The notes under the pieces are model-generated. The model saw nothing but the letters and a program-made list of their open reading frames with translations, was not told the origin of the DNA and did no database searches. From Lingula anatina (lineage: Eukaryota > Animalia > Brachiopoda), in contig CM120648.1 of assembly GCA_051362555.1 (NCBI GenBank), positions 8,304,587 to 8,368,586 of the forward strand: a stretch of DNA of 64,000 nucleotides. The letters are read 5' to 3'. Shown piece by piece: positions 1 to 12,192 of this stretch (its first letter is position 1; every line of letters starts with the position of its first letter). The position numbers and the translations under genes are program-made.

Positions 1-1229
1 GCCATATTACATCTCTCTGAGACAACAAACCGCCATCATGTCTATAAAATGGTGCAAACAACTCACGAAAAGTTTTATCTTTTTCAGAAAGAAAAGCCAT
101 AAAACGATGGTAAAGATACACAAGTTCTTCGTTGTCTATAAAATGTTATTAGAATATCTATCCTACAATAAATCTGGGGTATAGAGTGTTCTAAACAACA
201 ACATAAATGATAATTAACGCAGTTTTTCTTAGTTTGTGAATCTCTCTTTTGATCGAAGAAATGCGTCGTGGATGTTACTCCTTGAATGAATATTGAGTAA
301 TTTGATCACTATGGTTTTACTTATATCATTCAAGATTCATATATGTTCAGTTCGCCTATAAAACCCAGCCACAATCTTCATTATTATATCTCTGAGCAAC
401 GATGAAACACACCTTCCACACGCACTCTAACATAAGTTTGAAAACCATTCGTAACATAAGGGTTATAGCTTATAACAAAAAGTATATGTTAAAATCATCA
501 CACTGATTTTTAAACACAAGTATTTCATCAATGTTTCTTAAAGATTACCTGGTTAAGCTTAAGCACATGTATATCAGTCACTACAGGTGACTTGCCTCTG
601 AATATCTTCTGCAAGATCCTGGGGGTAGGAGAGATCTAGGGAGCTCTTCGTCTATGTGTGTGCAGATTAGATGTTGTTCTGCTTGTGTGCCTTTTGGGCA
701 CCAAGGACGTGCCAAGATATGTTAAACCCATCTCACACGTGTTGTGTTGACATTAAGGTACAATCTGTACGTGAAGGAAGGCAATATTAAGGGACAATAT
801 ATGTCTTATTAGGTCGGTAGCTTAGGTGAAAGATCACAGGATGCACGTACTTATTGGTTAGACTTGTCTTATAATGTCGGTTGCTCAGCTGTGTGAGCGT
901 ACCTATTAGTCTCATCGTGATGTTTGTGCAGAAGCTGAGAACAATTGCAGTCCTAGTTTATATGCATTTAAAGAGTATGAAAAATAATGAATTTAAGACA
1001 TTTGAGTTTAGTATGAACAACTAGTGATTATTTTGCTACACCTTTCCTAAAAAGCCCAGTATTACACATCTGTTTAAACACTTCTAATAGACTCCAATGG
1101 AACAAAACATTACTAAAACAAGATCGTTTTCATTTACAATGTAAGATTGGAAAGCGCCTACGTTTGCATAAAGTATAACTATATATACTTGAAAACCTGT
1201 TATGCATATGGAAACTTTTTGCAACTGAT

Positions 1230-4021
1230 CTATAATAATGATTGCGTAAGGATAAATAATGAGGGCAAAAACAAAATGGCAGAAAGAGGGTGTAAGACAA
1301 AACCACTTGATGCTGCTTTCGTATCATCTGAGTTAAAACTAATTGCTGAATTTTTCACGGCAACCAGCCTCGTTGGCGCTCCACTCCCGTCAACATGAAC
1401 CATATGGAAGACAAATGCAGTGAATCCGGTTGGTGGCAGCTTGTCGAGATTGGCCACGCTCTCTAGCACGAGAAGCTTGGCGCCAAGAAAAGCCACGTGG
1501 GCCGGGAGAGATGTCGTCTGCCCTGCATCAACACTACGTGCGTCACTTCCGACTCCGATGAGTTTTCGATTGTTTTTCAACCACTCAGCTGCCTCTCCTG
1601 AGAAACCGGGGAAATGAACGAGAGCATGTCCTTGATAATTTTTCCAATGGGTGCGGTTAACAGTTCCGAGGTACTTCTTATAATCATCTACGTATTTCCC
1701 CCATCCACTGTACAAAAATACCATGGCATTGTCCGGTATCCGACCGTTCTCATATTCCCAATCATGGAGGTCTTTAACAGTCAACACGGCGTCCGGGTTG
1801 TTTGCGGCTTTTTTGGAAATATCCACTCGAATGGCCGGACCAATGAGGGTGTGGGCCGGAATTTGATGGATTCCCCATGAACCTTTGATGAAGTGCGCAG
1901 GCGCATCCAGATGCGTCCCAATATGCTCCGGGCCACAAAAGTCGTTGGTCTCGAGCCTAATGGTGTACAATTGTATATATGAAGGCGACAATAAATTCCA
2001 GTTGCTGGCTTATAATTGGATATGTCAATCAAGGCCTTTGAGGTATCATGATCCACAATTATTCCATTCAAATGTCATCAAACATTTATGGCACAATTTT
2101 AAGAAAACAAATATTAGTCTTTAAAAACCCCTTTACAATTGACGGCTTCCTTCCTGCGTCCTTTGTGCAACCATAAAACTGGCATGGCTGTGGTCATAGA
2201 AAGGAGACAAAAGCATCGCTTTGGTTGCAGAATGAATTGTCGCCACGAAAAGCATTATTTTTTTACTCATAAACGGGGCCGTACTATGGGGCACAGAAAG
2301 GACGCCGTCCAGTGTAAAGGGGGATTAACTGCAAGTTGGATGATTGGAGAAAAGTAAGCAATATTACTGAGGATAAAAAAATCAATAGAGAACAGTACAT
2401 GACAGCATTGTAACGTGAAATACTTAACAACTTTCTGATCAAGGAAAATTTTTCAGTTAGCAAAATTTACCATTTAAAAAGAACGTTCACTCGGTGACCA
2501 AAGCATACTCACCATACAGTATTGTTGCCCAGTCTGGTATAACCTCTACGTCTCACTAGTAGTTCAAAATTGGCACTACCCGGCCACGTCACCGTGTTGT
2601 TATCAAGGGCGTACGTAAGGTCAATTATGTCATCCGGGCCGGGAGAAATTTGGACGGTTTTGAATGCAATGATCCGCAAGGGGCCACCACTGCCGCCCTT
2701 TATTTTAACAGGCAGCATGGCCACTGAATACCCCTTGGGTGGAAGTTTGTCCAGATTTGCCACGACTTCTGCCATGTAGATGTTGTTTTTGCTTAGAGGA
2801 ATATGTGCCAAAGCAGTTTTACTTGGTCCTATCGAAGGACTGTCAATTCCAACGGCTGAGATTCTCCTGTTTTCTGCTAGCCATTTGGCGGCGCTTTCGG
2901 CAACTGCGGGGAAATTAAGAAGGGAATTTCCGTCACTGTCTCTTGCATTACCTGTGCCGTTATAACCAAAGAATGCAGTGCGATTGTTGATATATTTTCC
3001 CCAACCAGTGTAAACAAACAAGATGGCACCGTCTGGTATTTTGCCGTTGACCCTTTCCCAGTTCATCAGATCTTCCACCTCAAGGTTGGAGTTGGGATTG
3101 AGGTCTGCTTTGGCAGATATGTCGACTTTGATCGCTGTACCGAAAAACCTATGAGGTGGAATGTCTTGCACGTGCCATTTTCCTCGAGCAAAGTTCGCAG
3201 GCGCGTCCATGTGGGTGCCTTGATGTTCTGGTCGGCAAATGTCATGGTCTTCAAGCCTGAAGAGTCAATTATTAAATCATTTTCAGAACTTGAACAATAA
3301 ATCTTTTTACTTATCAGTATGCCAATTCTCCTACTTCAACCAACAGCTAATACTGAACATATTGGTCGTCTCGTATATTTGGAGGTCTATTTTAAAAAAT
3401 TGCTAATTGGGGAAAGGTAAGAAGAAGTGAGAAAAGATGAAGATGATGGGTATTGAATCTACAACTTCTAAAAATGCTTTACTGTGACGTAGATAAAAAT
3501 GTTTCTTTTTACACGCTAGTTGGCACCATGGGATATTCAGCAGAGGCGGATCCAGGATTATTGGAAGGGGGGATGGTGGTCCAGAACAATAGGTCTCGGA
3601 TGCGAAGCCGACCATCGCCCCTTTGGTGTGGGGTTCGGGGCCTGCTCAAGGCCACGAAAAATTTTTGGTGTTCTGGGGAGCAATAATTTAGCCAGTCAGA
3701 ATTCTAATTTCAAAAGGGGAATATTGATGCAGTATATTTTTCAGAAACCGAAGGGTGGTTCAGGACCCCTGACTCCCCCTCTAAATCCTCTACTGATCCA
3801 TTTCGAGGTATACTAATTTTTACATACCACCCAGCTCCAAAATCCACTGGACCCCTGTAGATACGTTTGTATCGAAACCTATTTCTCTCTTGCCCCGGCC
3901 AGACTAAACTGTCCTCTGACACCGCATACGTCATGTCTATAATCTCATGGGCGGCAGGACTCCATTGCGCATATACAATAGGGTTGCATAGCAACAGCAT
4001 TAGAACAGACGACGGCACCAT
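1230..4021 (-). CDS. Double-domain cyclase-family hydrolase (KynB/isatin hydrolase-like), copy 1; exons 3828-4021, 2513-3256, 1230-1956; 554 aa; signal peptide and GPI-like tail
   Basis: Exon 1 is a hydrophobic leader (MVPSSVLMLLLCNPIVYA) plus IIDMTYAVSEDSLVWPG. Donors TG|gtatgt (3827) and TG|gtgagt (2512); acceptors ttcag|G (3256) and ttag|G (1956). Lengths 194+744+727=1665 nt, in frame. Motifs EHQGTHMDAPANF and EHIGTHLDAPAHF, GIDSPS/GSDARS, ANLDKLP, GSGGP/GSGAP. Tail DTKAASSGFVLHPLSAILFLPSLFILTQSLL. Confidence 0.88.
3541..3795. mobile_element. Short TIR element in intron 1 of copies 1-4 (also ~14262-14552, ~19650-19900, ~26179-26423)
   Basis: Starts cagaggcggatccaggat and ends aaatccgccactg (degenerate in copy 1), with G-runs and C-runs near the two ends. 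Absent from intron 1 of copies 5, 6 and 8. Confidence 0.5.
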
Positions 4022-4118
4022 TTTTCACTGATGAAAAATAAATTTATATTCATGTACATCTATGCCGAGAACTATTTTGTTCGAGTGATAAAAAACAGTT
4101 CTAGTGAGCAATTCTTAA

Positions 4119-4456
4119 AGGGATAACAACTGTTCATTTTGGCCAAAAAGTGGATTTTCCTGGGGTGAAGGATCATTTTCCATACTAACTAACGGTAAAT
4201 GAATCCATTCCAACATTCAAAGTTAGTCCCCCCTTTTTTATCTAAAAAGTTTGTGTTTTTGGTAATATTCTCTTGAGAGATTATTACAGAGTGTAGCCAT
4301 CTATGAAAGTCACGTAATATGGGGGCAAGCATAAATTCTAGAACAATTGCTCTAACTGTCCTTTCGGTGGTAAAATAGAACTTATCATTTTCCAATAAGT
4401 TGTTTACGCTGTATTTATTGTGAGATATGGAGATCATACGAACAGCTGTTATCCCT
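4119..4456. mobile_element. Non-autonomous TIR element with TTAA-type flanks (Kolobok/piggyBac-like MITE); related copies at 14895-15244, ~20235-20290 (partial), 26753-27082, ~42685-42980 (partial), 56025-56390, ~61900-61981 (partial)
   Basis: Ends read ttaa-agggataacaactgttc ... gaacag(c/t)tgttatccct-t(t/c)aa. The same internal sequence (ccaatggttaatgaatccattccaacattcaaag, gccatctatggaggtcacgt) recurs inside and outside the gene array. Confidence 0.65.
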
Positions 4457-6216
4457 TCAATAAGACAGTTATGCCAACGTTTACTCTTGATATTGCACAC
4501 TGGAACTGAGGACTTTTGAAGTTTTCAGATAAGAATCTCGAAATATGGCTCTGCAGTGGAAGTTGGTTAAACCACTCGTAATATAAGGGTTATAGCTTAT
4601 AACAAAAATTATATGTTAAAATCATCACATTGTTTTTAAACACAAGTATTTCGTTAATATTACTTAGAGATTACCTGGTTAAACTTAAGCACATGTATAT
4701 CAGTCACTACAATGGCCTTGCCTCGGAATATCTTCTGCAAGATCTTGGGGGGTAGGGGAGATCTATGGAGCTCTCCGTCTACGTGTAAGCGGATCAGATG
4801 TTGTTCTGCTTGTGCGCCTTTTGGACAAGAAAGACGTGACAAGATATTTAAACCCGGCTTACATGTGTTTTGTTGACATTAAGGTACAGTTTGAACGTGA
4901 AGGAAGGCAGCATGAAGGGCCATGTCTTGTTAGGTCAGTAGCTCAAGAGAAAGATCACAGAATGCACGTGTTTAGACTTATCGCTTGCTTGTTAGACCTT
5001 GGATATAATAACGAATGAAACTTTCAATCGTGTCTTGAATTAAAATGTCGCAATTTCTCTCCGATTTCTTAGGCTCGGTGACATTTCTTTTAGGCTGGCA
5101 TTTTTATGTGTCTTTTAAATAAAGATGATGTTAATGTCAAAGGCCCCAATCAAATCTAGTCCCATGCATATAAAGCCTAGACCCCCTGTTGATTACACCC
5201 TGGCTGGGCCCATTCTTTAAGGTGTCTCTGCATTGTTAACAGCATAATGGGCAAGTTAATTGACCAAGTTAATTGGCCAAGCTCCCAGTCTGTTTGTAGG
5301 TGTAATTATAAAGGGGGTGTCTTAGACCAAGTTAATTGCCCAAGCTGCCAGTTTGTTTGTTTGGCATGTGCAGGGGATGTCTCAGATCAAGGCACATATT
5401 ATGATACTTACAGGTACTAACAAATGAGACATAGTTGTATTTCATTACCTGTGATTTGTAAAATACATCTGAGGATGATACTTTAAAAGATGTTAAATGT
5501 TTAAAGAAAAGACATGTAGGTTGATTTAGTAACATTTACTAAAGATATGTTAAATTAAAGATGGGCTTCATTTGTTCGTGTGTTATTTTGATTATCCAGA
5601 TTTTATACAGATTATAGGAAAAATTCTGCCCATTAATGTTTTGTTGATCTCAGGGACCGCGAGAAATTGCGTTATCAGTGCAAAAGAACAGTAGAAATAC
5701 ACTGGGTCACAGCGCGCGCGACCTCTATAATAATCTGTTCAGGCTCCAATGGAACTATCAAAACCGCTTATCTGAGACAATGGACGCACATGTCTTCAAA
5801 GGGAGATGCTGCGTTTCAAGTCCCTTCGTTGTTAATAATGTCCAAGGTTAGATGTGTCTTATAATGTTGGTTGCTCAGCTGATATGTCCGAGTGTGAGCG
5901 TGCCTATTAGCCTCGTTGTGATGTTTGTGTAGAAGCCGAGCATAATTGCATTTCTAATTTCTATGCATTTAAAGCGTATGAAAAATAATAAATGTAAGAC
6001 ATTTGGTATAGTATGAACCTCTGGTTATAATTTTGCTATATATTTCGTAAAAATACTAGTATTACACATCTGTCTGAACACTTCAAATTGACGCCAATGG
6101 AATGAAATATTACATACACAAAATTGCTCTCATTTATCCTGTAAGATTTGAAAACGCCTCTATAAACTATATTTGACAAACTTTTATCTATATGGGACAT
6201 TTTTGAAAATGATATA

Positions 6217-6450
6217 TTATAATGTCCGCGAAAAGATAAATAATGAGGGCAGAAACAAAATGGCAGAAAGAGGGCGTTAGACAAAGCCACTTGATGCTGC
6301 TTTCGTATCCTCTGTGATAAAGGTAATTGCTGAGTTTTACACGGCAACCAGCCTCGTTGGCGCTCCACTCCCGTCAACGTGAAGCATATGACATATAAGG
6401 CCGTGTAACCATTTGTTGGCAGCTTGTCAAGATTGGCCGCGTTCTCTAGC
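6217..6450 (-). pseudogene. 3' relic of exon 3 of a cyclase-family gene (copy-5 tail type)
   Basis: LENAANLDKLPTNGYTA, then a frameshift, then DNA matching VDGSGAPTRLVAV and a tail ending SRTL*. An internal TAA replaces a Leu codon. Homology stops abruptly at ~6450. Confidence 0.8.
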
Positions 6451-8529
6451 ATTTCTAATTTCAAAAGTTATGCTTTTTTCAGCTTTTTTTCAGCATCTAT
6501 GCAACACTGATAACACATTTAAAAATACCGATCAGCCTTTTGTCTTGCAACTCACAGGAGTGATCAATCTTACTTATATACAGATCAAGTTCTAAAATGA
6601 GCTTGATCGGTCAAGTTTTGATGAAATTATGCCTTTTTTGTCTATAAGTGGTTTTTCCTCAGATTTAATTCTGAGGCATGTTAACGGTCTCATAATTGAA
6701 CTAATTAGAAACGTAAAAGTGTTCTCTTAACATTTTCTACATCTTAACAATATTGTTAGTTGATTATAAAAAAATGATGGTAAACCTGTTATTGTGTATT
6801 GTGTAATAAAGTGTCAAAAACAGAAATAAACTCATATCATTGCAGTTTGTCATATTCAGTAACTCACTAAGTTCAGTATCTCAGTATGGAGCAAGTTGGA
6901 CATTTAGAATTGTTCTATTGATATTTTTCCTATGTCAACAATTTTCTTAGTTGAACATATAAAAATGACAGTAAATTGATTATTTTGTTATATGTAAAAA
7001 AGGTGTTAAAATGGAAATAGATTTATTTCAGTACAGTTATCTTGTTTACTTTTTGACATTTTTAAGGTTTGACTCTGAACTTCCGTGGCCTTGAAGACTT
7101 TTGCCAGTCACATTTTCTGAATATCCATGGTACTTTCATATTATTATTATGATGGTCATTATGCTGTTAAACATTATGGAATATTGCATCAAAATTGAAG
7201 AAAACACTATTTTGGGCACTGCTTCCATAGTGACCATTAAAGAAACACCATGCCCCTTACTCTTCTTAAACTTACAGGAAAGAACTACAGGACTAAAATG
7301 CAGCCTAAGTTGGAGAAGCAGTCTAATTGGCTTCTTTTTTCTTTTGTACATTTTTGTGAATTTTTTATCTTTCACATATTAGCATTTTTAATGTAGGACT
7401 TGGAACTCCCACAGGCATGAAGCCGAGTGGTAATCAAAATTTCTAAATGCTCATGTTATTAATAGAATATAATTAAAATTTGGTGGTAAGTATACATTTA
7501 ATCATTATGTAATATTGCATCAAAATTGGCAAAAAGCCTACAGTGCACTGTCACCACAAACGTTATGATAAAAAGAAAACTGTTACTTTTTTTTTACTTA
7601 CAAGCATAATTCTTAGGGTTGATATTTAGTTCAATTAAGAAAACCAGCTTTACTGGATTATCATTTTTAGTGAATTAATGCAATTTTTTGTGAAATATTC
7701 ATTTTTCTCATTTTGCCAAATTCTAAGTGTCAACTTGACCTCTCATGGGTCTGTTTTTTCTTTCAGCAGTATTATCTGTTGTGAGTAATTAAAATTTAAG
7801 CATAATGTATTATTGCAGCAGAATTGAATGCAAGTTTTCTGATCTTTATATCTCCAAGACTGGCAAAGATATTCCCATAGTTACTGCTGAGCTTAAATAG
7901 GAAGTCATATATTGGCAATCTGTGATCCTGAAATTGACCTTTGACCTAATTTTTACCATGAACTGAACTTTGCAAATTTTCCAGCCCATATACCGGTATC
8001 TCTTAAACTGGCAGAGATACGCCCAAAGTTGCACTTTGCAAGTTTTCTGATCTTTATATCTCCAAAACTGGCAAGGATATGTCCATAGTTACTGTTGAAC
8101 TTCAGTAGGAAGTCCTACACTGGGAATCCTACTGTGACCTGTAGGTTTTCTCTTTTGTCATAGTAAGTCTCCTTACTATGCGGGCCGCTGCGGGTTGTTC
8201 ATACAGCCTGGCGCGGTTACCATGGAAATAACATTGTCATCCATGCGCTGTTTGGTTTCTGTTAACAATAGTACCATTCCCTGACCCGTCGGGTAATTAT
8301 CGTGTCTTACTTTTTGCTAACGAAAGAGCCCAACCCTAGCTTGCTGAGATAAAGATCGAAGCTGAGCGAGGTCGCAATAAAGTGTGTTCGTCCAAGCGTT
8401 AATTGACCTTTGATGCGTGGTGGCTTCACTCTACTTTGTTCACTCTACTCTGATACGGAGTTATTTTTAAAAGTGACTTTACCAAAAAGATTCGGTGATG
8501 AAAGCAACTTCGGTGTACATTTTAGCTAT

Positions 8530-9436
8530 CAGGCCTAACCAACTACCAGACTCGGCACCTACGGATCCAGAATAAACCGGTATATCAGACCACACTACCC
8601 GTTTTCAAGGTGTGTGTCAGATCGCATTACAGAGTATCAGCCACCACACCGATTTTGCCTGGTGCGCGATGTGATAGCGATGATCGTAGTAATAGATAGA
8701 CCCCGAGTCAACGAGGGTTATGTGGCATACACGAGTGCGAAGCAACGAGTGGATGTCACATAACCCTCGCTGACGAGGGATCTATCTTATTTAGACCACG
8801 GGTCCATTAGCGGGTTATAACGCATTCATGCGAGACGTGCGGTTATGCGAGTTACACCACGTCTGAGTCTTTTGTTCTTCACTTCCACCGTAGTCTAAAG
8901 CGGGGTTGGAAAGTAATGCATCTCATCTAGATTCATGCGCTTCTGCAATTTTCCCTGTTTATGCTAAAAATCTGACAAAACCGCAATTTTTAACATAAAA
9001 TTTAGGTTCGAACATAGCCAATGATGTTTTGTAAATAGAACTTGCAAACTTATATATTCATTTAGAAAAGTAGACCTAATTTTGATAGCGGAAGCATATT
9101 CTGTCGGGGGTTAAATATTTTCTGGACGAGATTCAGTGAGTCGTCTGTCGCCATGTTGTCACTCGGAACTACTCCGATGTCTCCGCACTCGACAATAGTA
9201 TGGAGCTTGCGGAATGAGCCTAGGATTGCCGATTTCCATGTTGTTGTATTCATACGACTCTTACTTGACGAAAATGAGGCGCGATACCCGGATGACAGGT
9301 AGGCTTACAAAATTTGTGATGGGGTATGATACTCTGTAATGCGATCTGACACACACCTTGAAAACGGGTAGTGTGGTCTGATAAACTGGTTTATTCTGGA
9401 TCCGTAGGTGCCGAGTCTGGTAGTTGGGTAGGCCTG
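8530..9436. mobile_element. Non-autonomous DNA transposon, ~110 bp TIRs, 5-bp TSD GCTAT
   Basis: caggcctaaccaactaccagactcggcacctacggatccagaataaacc... at 8530 is mirrored by ...ggtttattctggatccgtaggtgccgagtctggtagttgggtaggcctg ending at 9436. gctat at 8525-8529 and 9437-9441. Confidence 0.85.
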
Positions 9437-11308
9437 GCTATGAATAGATTGAATTCACATAGAGTTGAATAAATGAATTTATGGGAGATAAAATAAAACA
9501 CTACTCGTACTTGTACATGTAATATTTCTTAGGCTTCAGACCGTTATTGCTATATACATACTATAAATCAACACGATTGAAATTTTTTATAGAAGTCCTG
9601 ATAATTCTCTTTGCTTTATTCATGGATGGAATGCATTTTTCCAAAAAGACTTGTCAGTTGTTTAAGTAAGAAACATTTTGTAGGCCATATCAATAATATA
9701 ATTCAGTCTTTATTTGCAAACAGGATCTCTCCCATCTACACCCGTAACATTTCTGTCCTTTTGAATTTTTTCATCAACAGTAAACAATCTTCCCATTAAC
9801 TGCACGCAAAAGTTGCTTGGAGAACTGGCCCGTTGTCGAATATCAAAAATTTCTTTATATAACAAGGCGAAGGGTGGCGGACCGAAAGACTGACTCCTTG
9901 GTTCTGCAGCACACAAAGCAGGAAGAATTATAATTAAATACGCGTAAAAGAAATTCGCCTAAATTTTAATACAAATGTCTCTCTTTCGTTGTTTGATATT
10001 AACTCGCACCTATGTAATTCTAAACGATAAAAATAGTTAATGTTTAAGATCTAAACTCCAAACTTGACCAAAAGCCTTCTTCATACTTAAAACCATCAAA
10101 GAAAATTAATTTAAAAAGCTGGATTACAATCTCTAGGGTTAACATTACTGTTTAGCACGTGTCATCTCACATAAATTAACAATCAGTTCAGGTTAGCTTT
10201 ATTCTTGACAGTAAGTAGGGGAAAATTGCCGTTTTTCCAGGAAAATCCAATTTTTGGCCAAAACGAAGAGTTATTATGACTTTAATATACACAATTTATT
10301 TGCTCATCATTTATATGCCACTTGATATACATTTTAATACATTGAGATGTTTTTCTGCAATGTTTATTATTTGAATAAAAGAATTGTGAAGAAAATTATA
10401 CACCTTCATAAGTCAAGAGGTGATCTTATTTATTAGTTGCAAGTATTGCTAGTTATATAAGAAATAAACTTGTAAGTGCTATTCTGTTTTAGGTAACATT
10501 ACTCTTTGTGCTTTATTGTCTTGATTTAACTATAATAAACCGAGTAACATTGATGTAAAGGAGAAATAAAAGCTGCAACTTCTGGAACATGAAAACTATC
10601 TTGTTGTTTATTGTCGGGTCGAAATTCAATTGTCAAAAAAGTTAAATTTGTCAACTTAAGCCTGGATTACATTCACCAAGGGCGTCGCACGATAAAATGT
10701 ACACGATTTCCCGTATGGTTTCTTTGACATCGCAAGTAGCTACGGGCTAAGGCGAGTGCCTTTACATTACGTGAAGGTACTTTGCCATTTCTACGACATG
10801 AGCTTGAAGTCGCGTTGGAAAAATTTGGTTGTCAGTTGAAAAGTGCCCTTTCAGTCTTCTTGCAGTTGTCGCACGTATTCCGTGCGGCTTTCTTGAAGAT
10901 CGGTACGTTGTTGAAGCCCATTACGATTATTTCTCCCATGTGGTCCGAGTTAGAAAACGCACAACTTCGAATCCATGCAAGTGAATTACGCTTGGTTTAA
11001 ACATTTTAGGAAGTTAAAACTATTGTTACGTATGCCCCATAAAACCACCAAAGGTGGAAGGGAAAGAGACCAACAAGTTCAACCATTATCACGATTGCCG
11101 CAAGTTCACCGCACAATGTTTGCACTGGCCGGCCGGAACTGTGCGCTTCCATCTACGATAATGAACGGCAGACGGGCTTCCGATTTGAAAAATTGTCAAA
11201 AGTTTAAATTTGACAAAATCGTATAGACTACGGTCGCGAGGCTGTGAATAGACGTATCATTATTGCTTGCCTCTGCACAGACGCCACACAAAAAATTGAC
11301 CCAGGTTG

Positions 11309-11567
11309 CATTCAGAACAGATGATCCGAGGACTAATTGATCCCCCGACTAAATATGGCCGACCACACTTCAAAAACGATATTCTCCCCGCCTCCACACG
11401 CACCGTCGCTGCAGGGGCCTAGAAACCGCGGAGCCGAGATTTAATCCGTTTAATGGCGCGTGTGGAGGTGGGGAGACCATGGGGAATCAGCGGCATCACT
11501 TTTGAAGTGGGGTCGGCCATATTTAGTCGGCGGATCTGTAAGCTGGCGGATCATCTTGTTCTGAATG
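11309..11567. mobile_element. Foldback MITE-like inverted repeat
   Basis: cattcagaacagatgatccg...ccgactaaatatggccgaccacacttcaaaa is mirrored by ttttgaagtggggtcggccatatttagtcgg...cggatcatcttgttctgaatg. Confidence 0.65.
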
Positions 11568-12192
11568 TGCTCTTACAGGCAGCATATGAGCACCGCAAAG
11601 ATATTGCTTGTCAAATTACTGCCAAATGCCAGATTTTATTAATATTTTGTAAGACTGTCAGTGTGTTTTTAGTTTACGTATTTATTTTGAAAAAACAAGA
11701 TTGCTTTCAACTGGAGCAAAACTCTAGGTTAAATTAAGCTAATGAATGTCACCGCGTAGGGTCCGGAAACATCGAACCAATGGTTAATTTAGATATCTTG
11801 ATTTCACTATAATAAACCGAGTAATATTGATGTAAAGGAGAAATAAAAGCTGCAACTTCTAAAACATAGATATATAGATGTTCATAGATGTATATGATAT
11901 GAAGTCAATGTAGTAAAACCCAACACCTGTAACCAATGGTTAATTTAGATATTTGGTAAAATGTTTCTTCGATATATGATATAAAGTCAATGAAGCAAAA
12001 CCCAACACCTGTCTCCTTCTAGTAATACATATGTCATAAATACAAATCAATTTTACAACTAAAAAGTATGTTAGAGGCCTTAATCAGTTAGCAGAATTGA
12101 AGAAGTAGCACTTTCGTAACGAGGATTAGGTCAATATGTGACAGTGCCAGTTTCGATATAATTAGGCGAAAGCGAATGTGGCAGAATCAAGC

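Noticed and set aside
1420-1880. Recurrent plus-strand ORFs (MNPVGGSLSRL..., MNESMSLII..., MLFLLRG...) across the array
   Set aside because: Antisense shadows of the conserved cyclase exons; they recur only because the genes are duplicated.
1230-3210. Reading exon 2 and exon 3 ORFs as separate single-domain genes, or as a bacterial operon or contaminant
   Set aside because: Each ORF lacks its domain N-terminus, which is supplied by the previous exon through canonical GT-AG sites that are conserved and in frame in every copy. Neighbouring genes are spliced animal genes.
4660-5018. Short recurrent ORFs in the spacer block (also 16661, 20504, 20622, 27295, 27348)
   Set aside because: Starts, stops and frames differ between copies and no domain is recognisable; treated as duplicated non-coding DNA.
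6450-8130. AT-rich segment with a ~205-bp local repeat (7829 and 8036) as a defined transposon
   Set aside because: Probably repeat-derived, but I could not identify ends, TSD or coding remnants.
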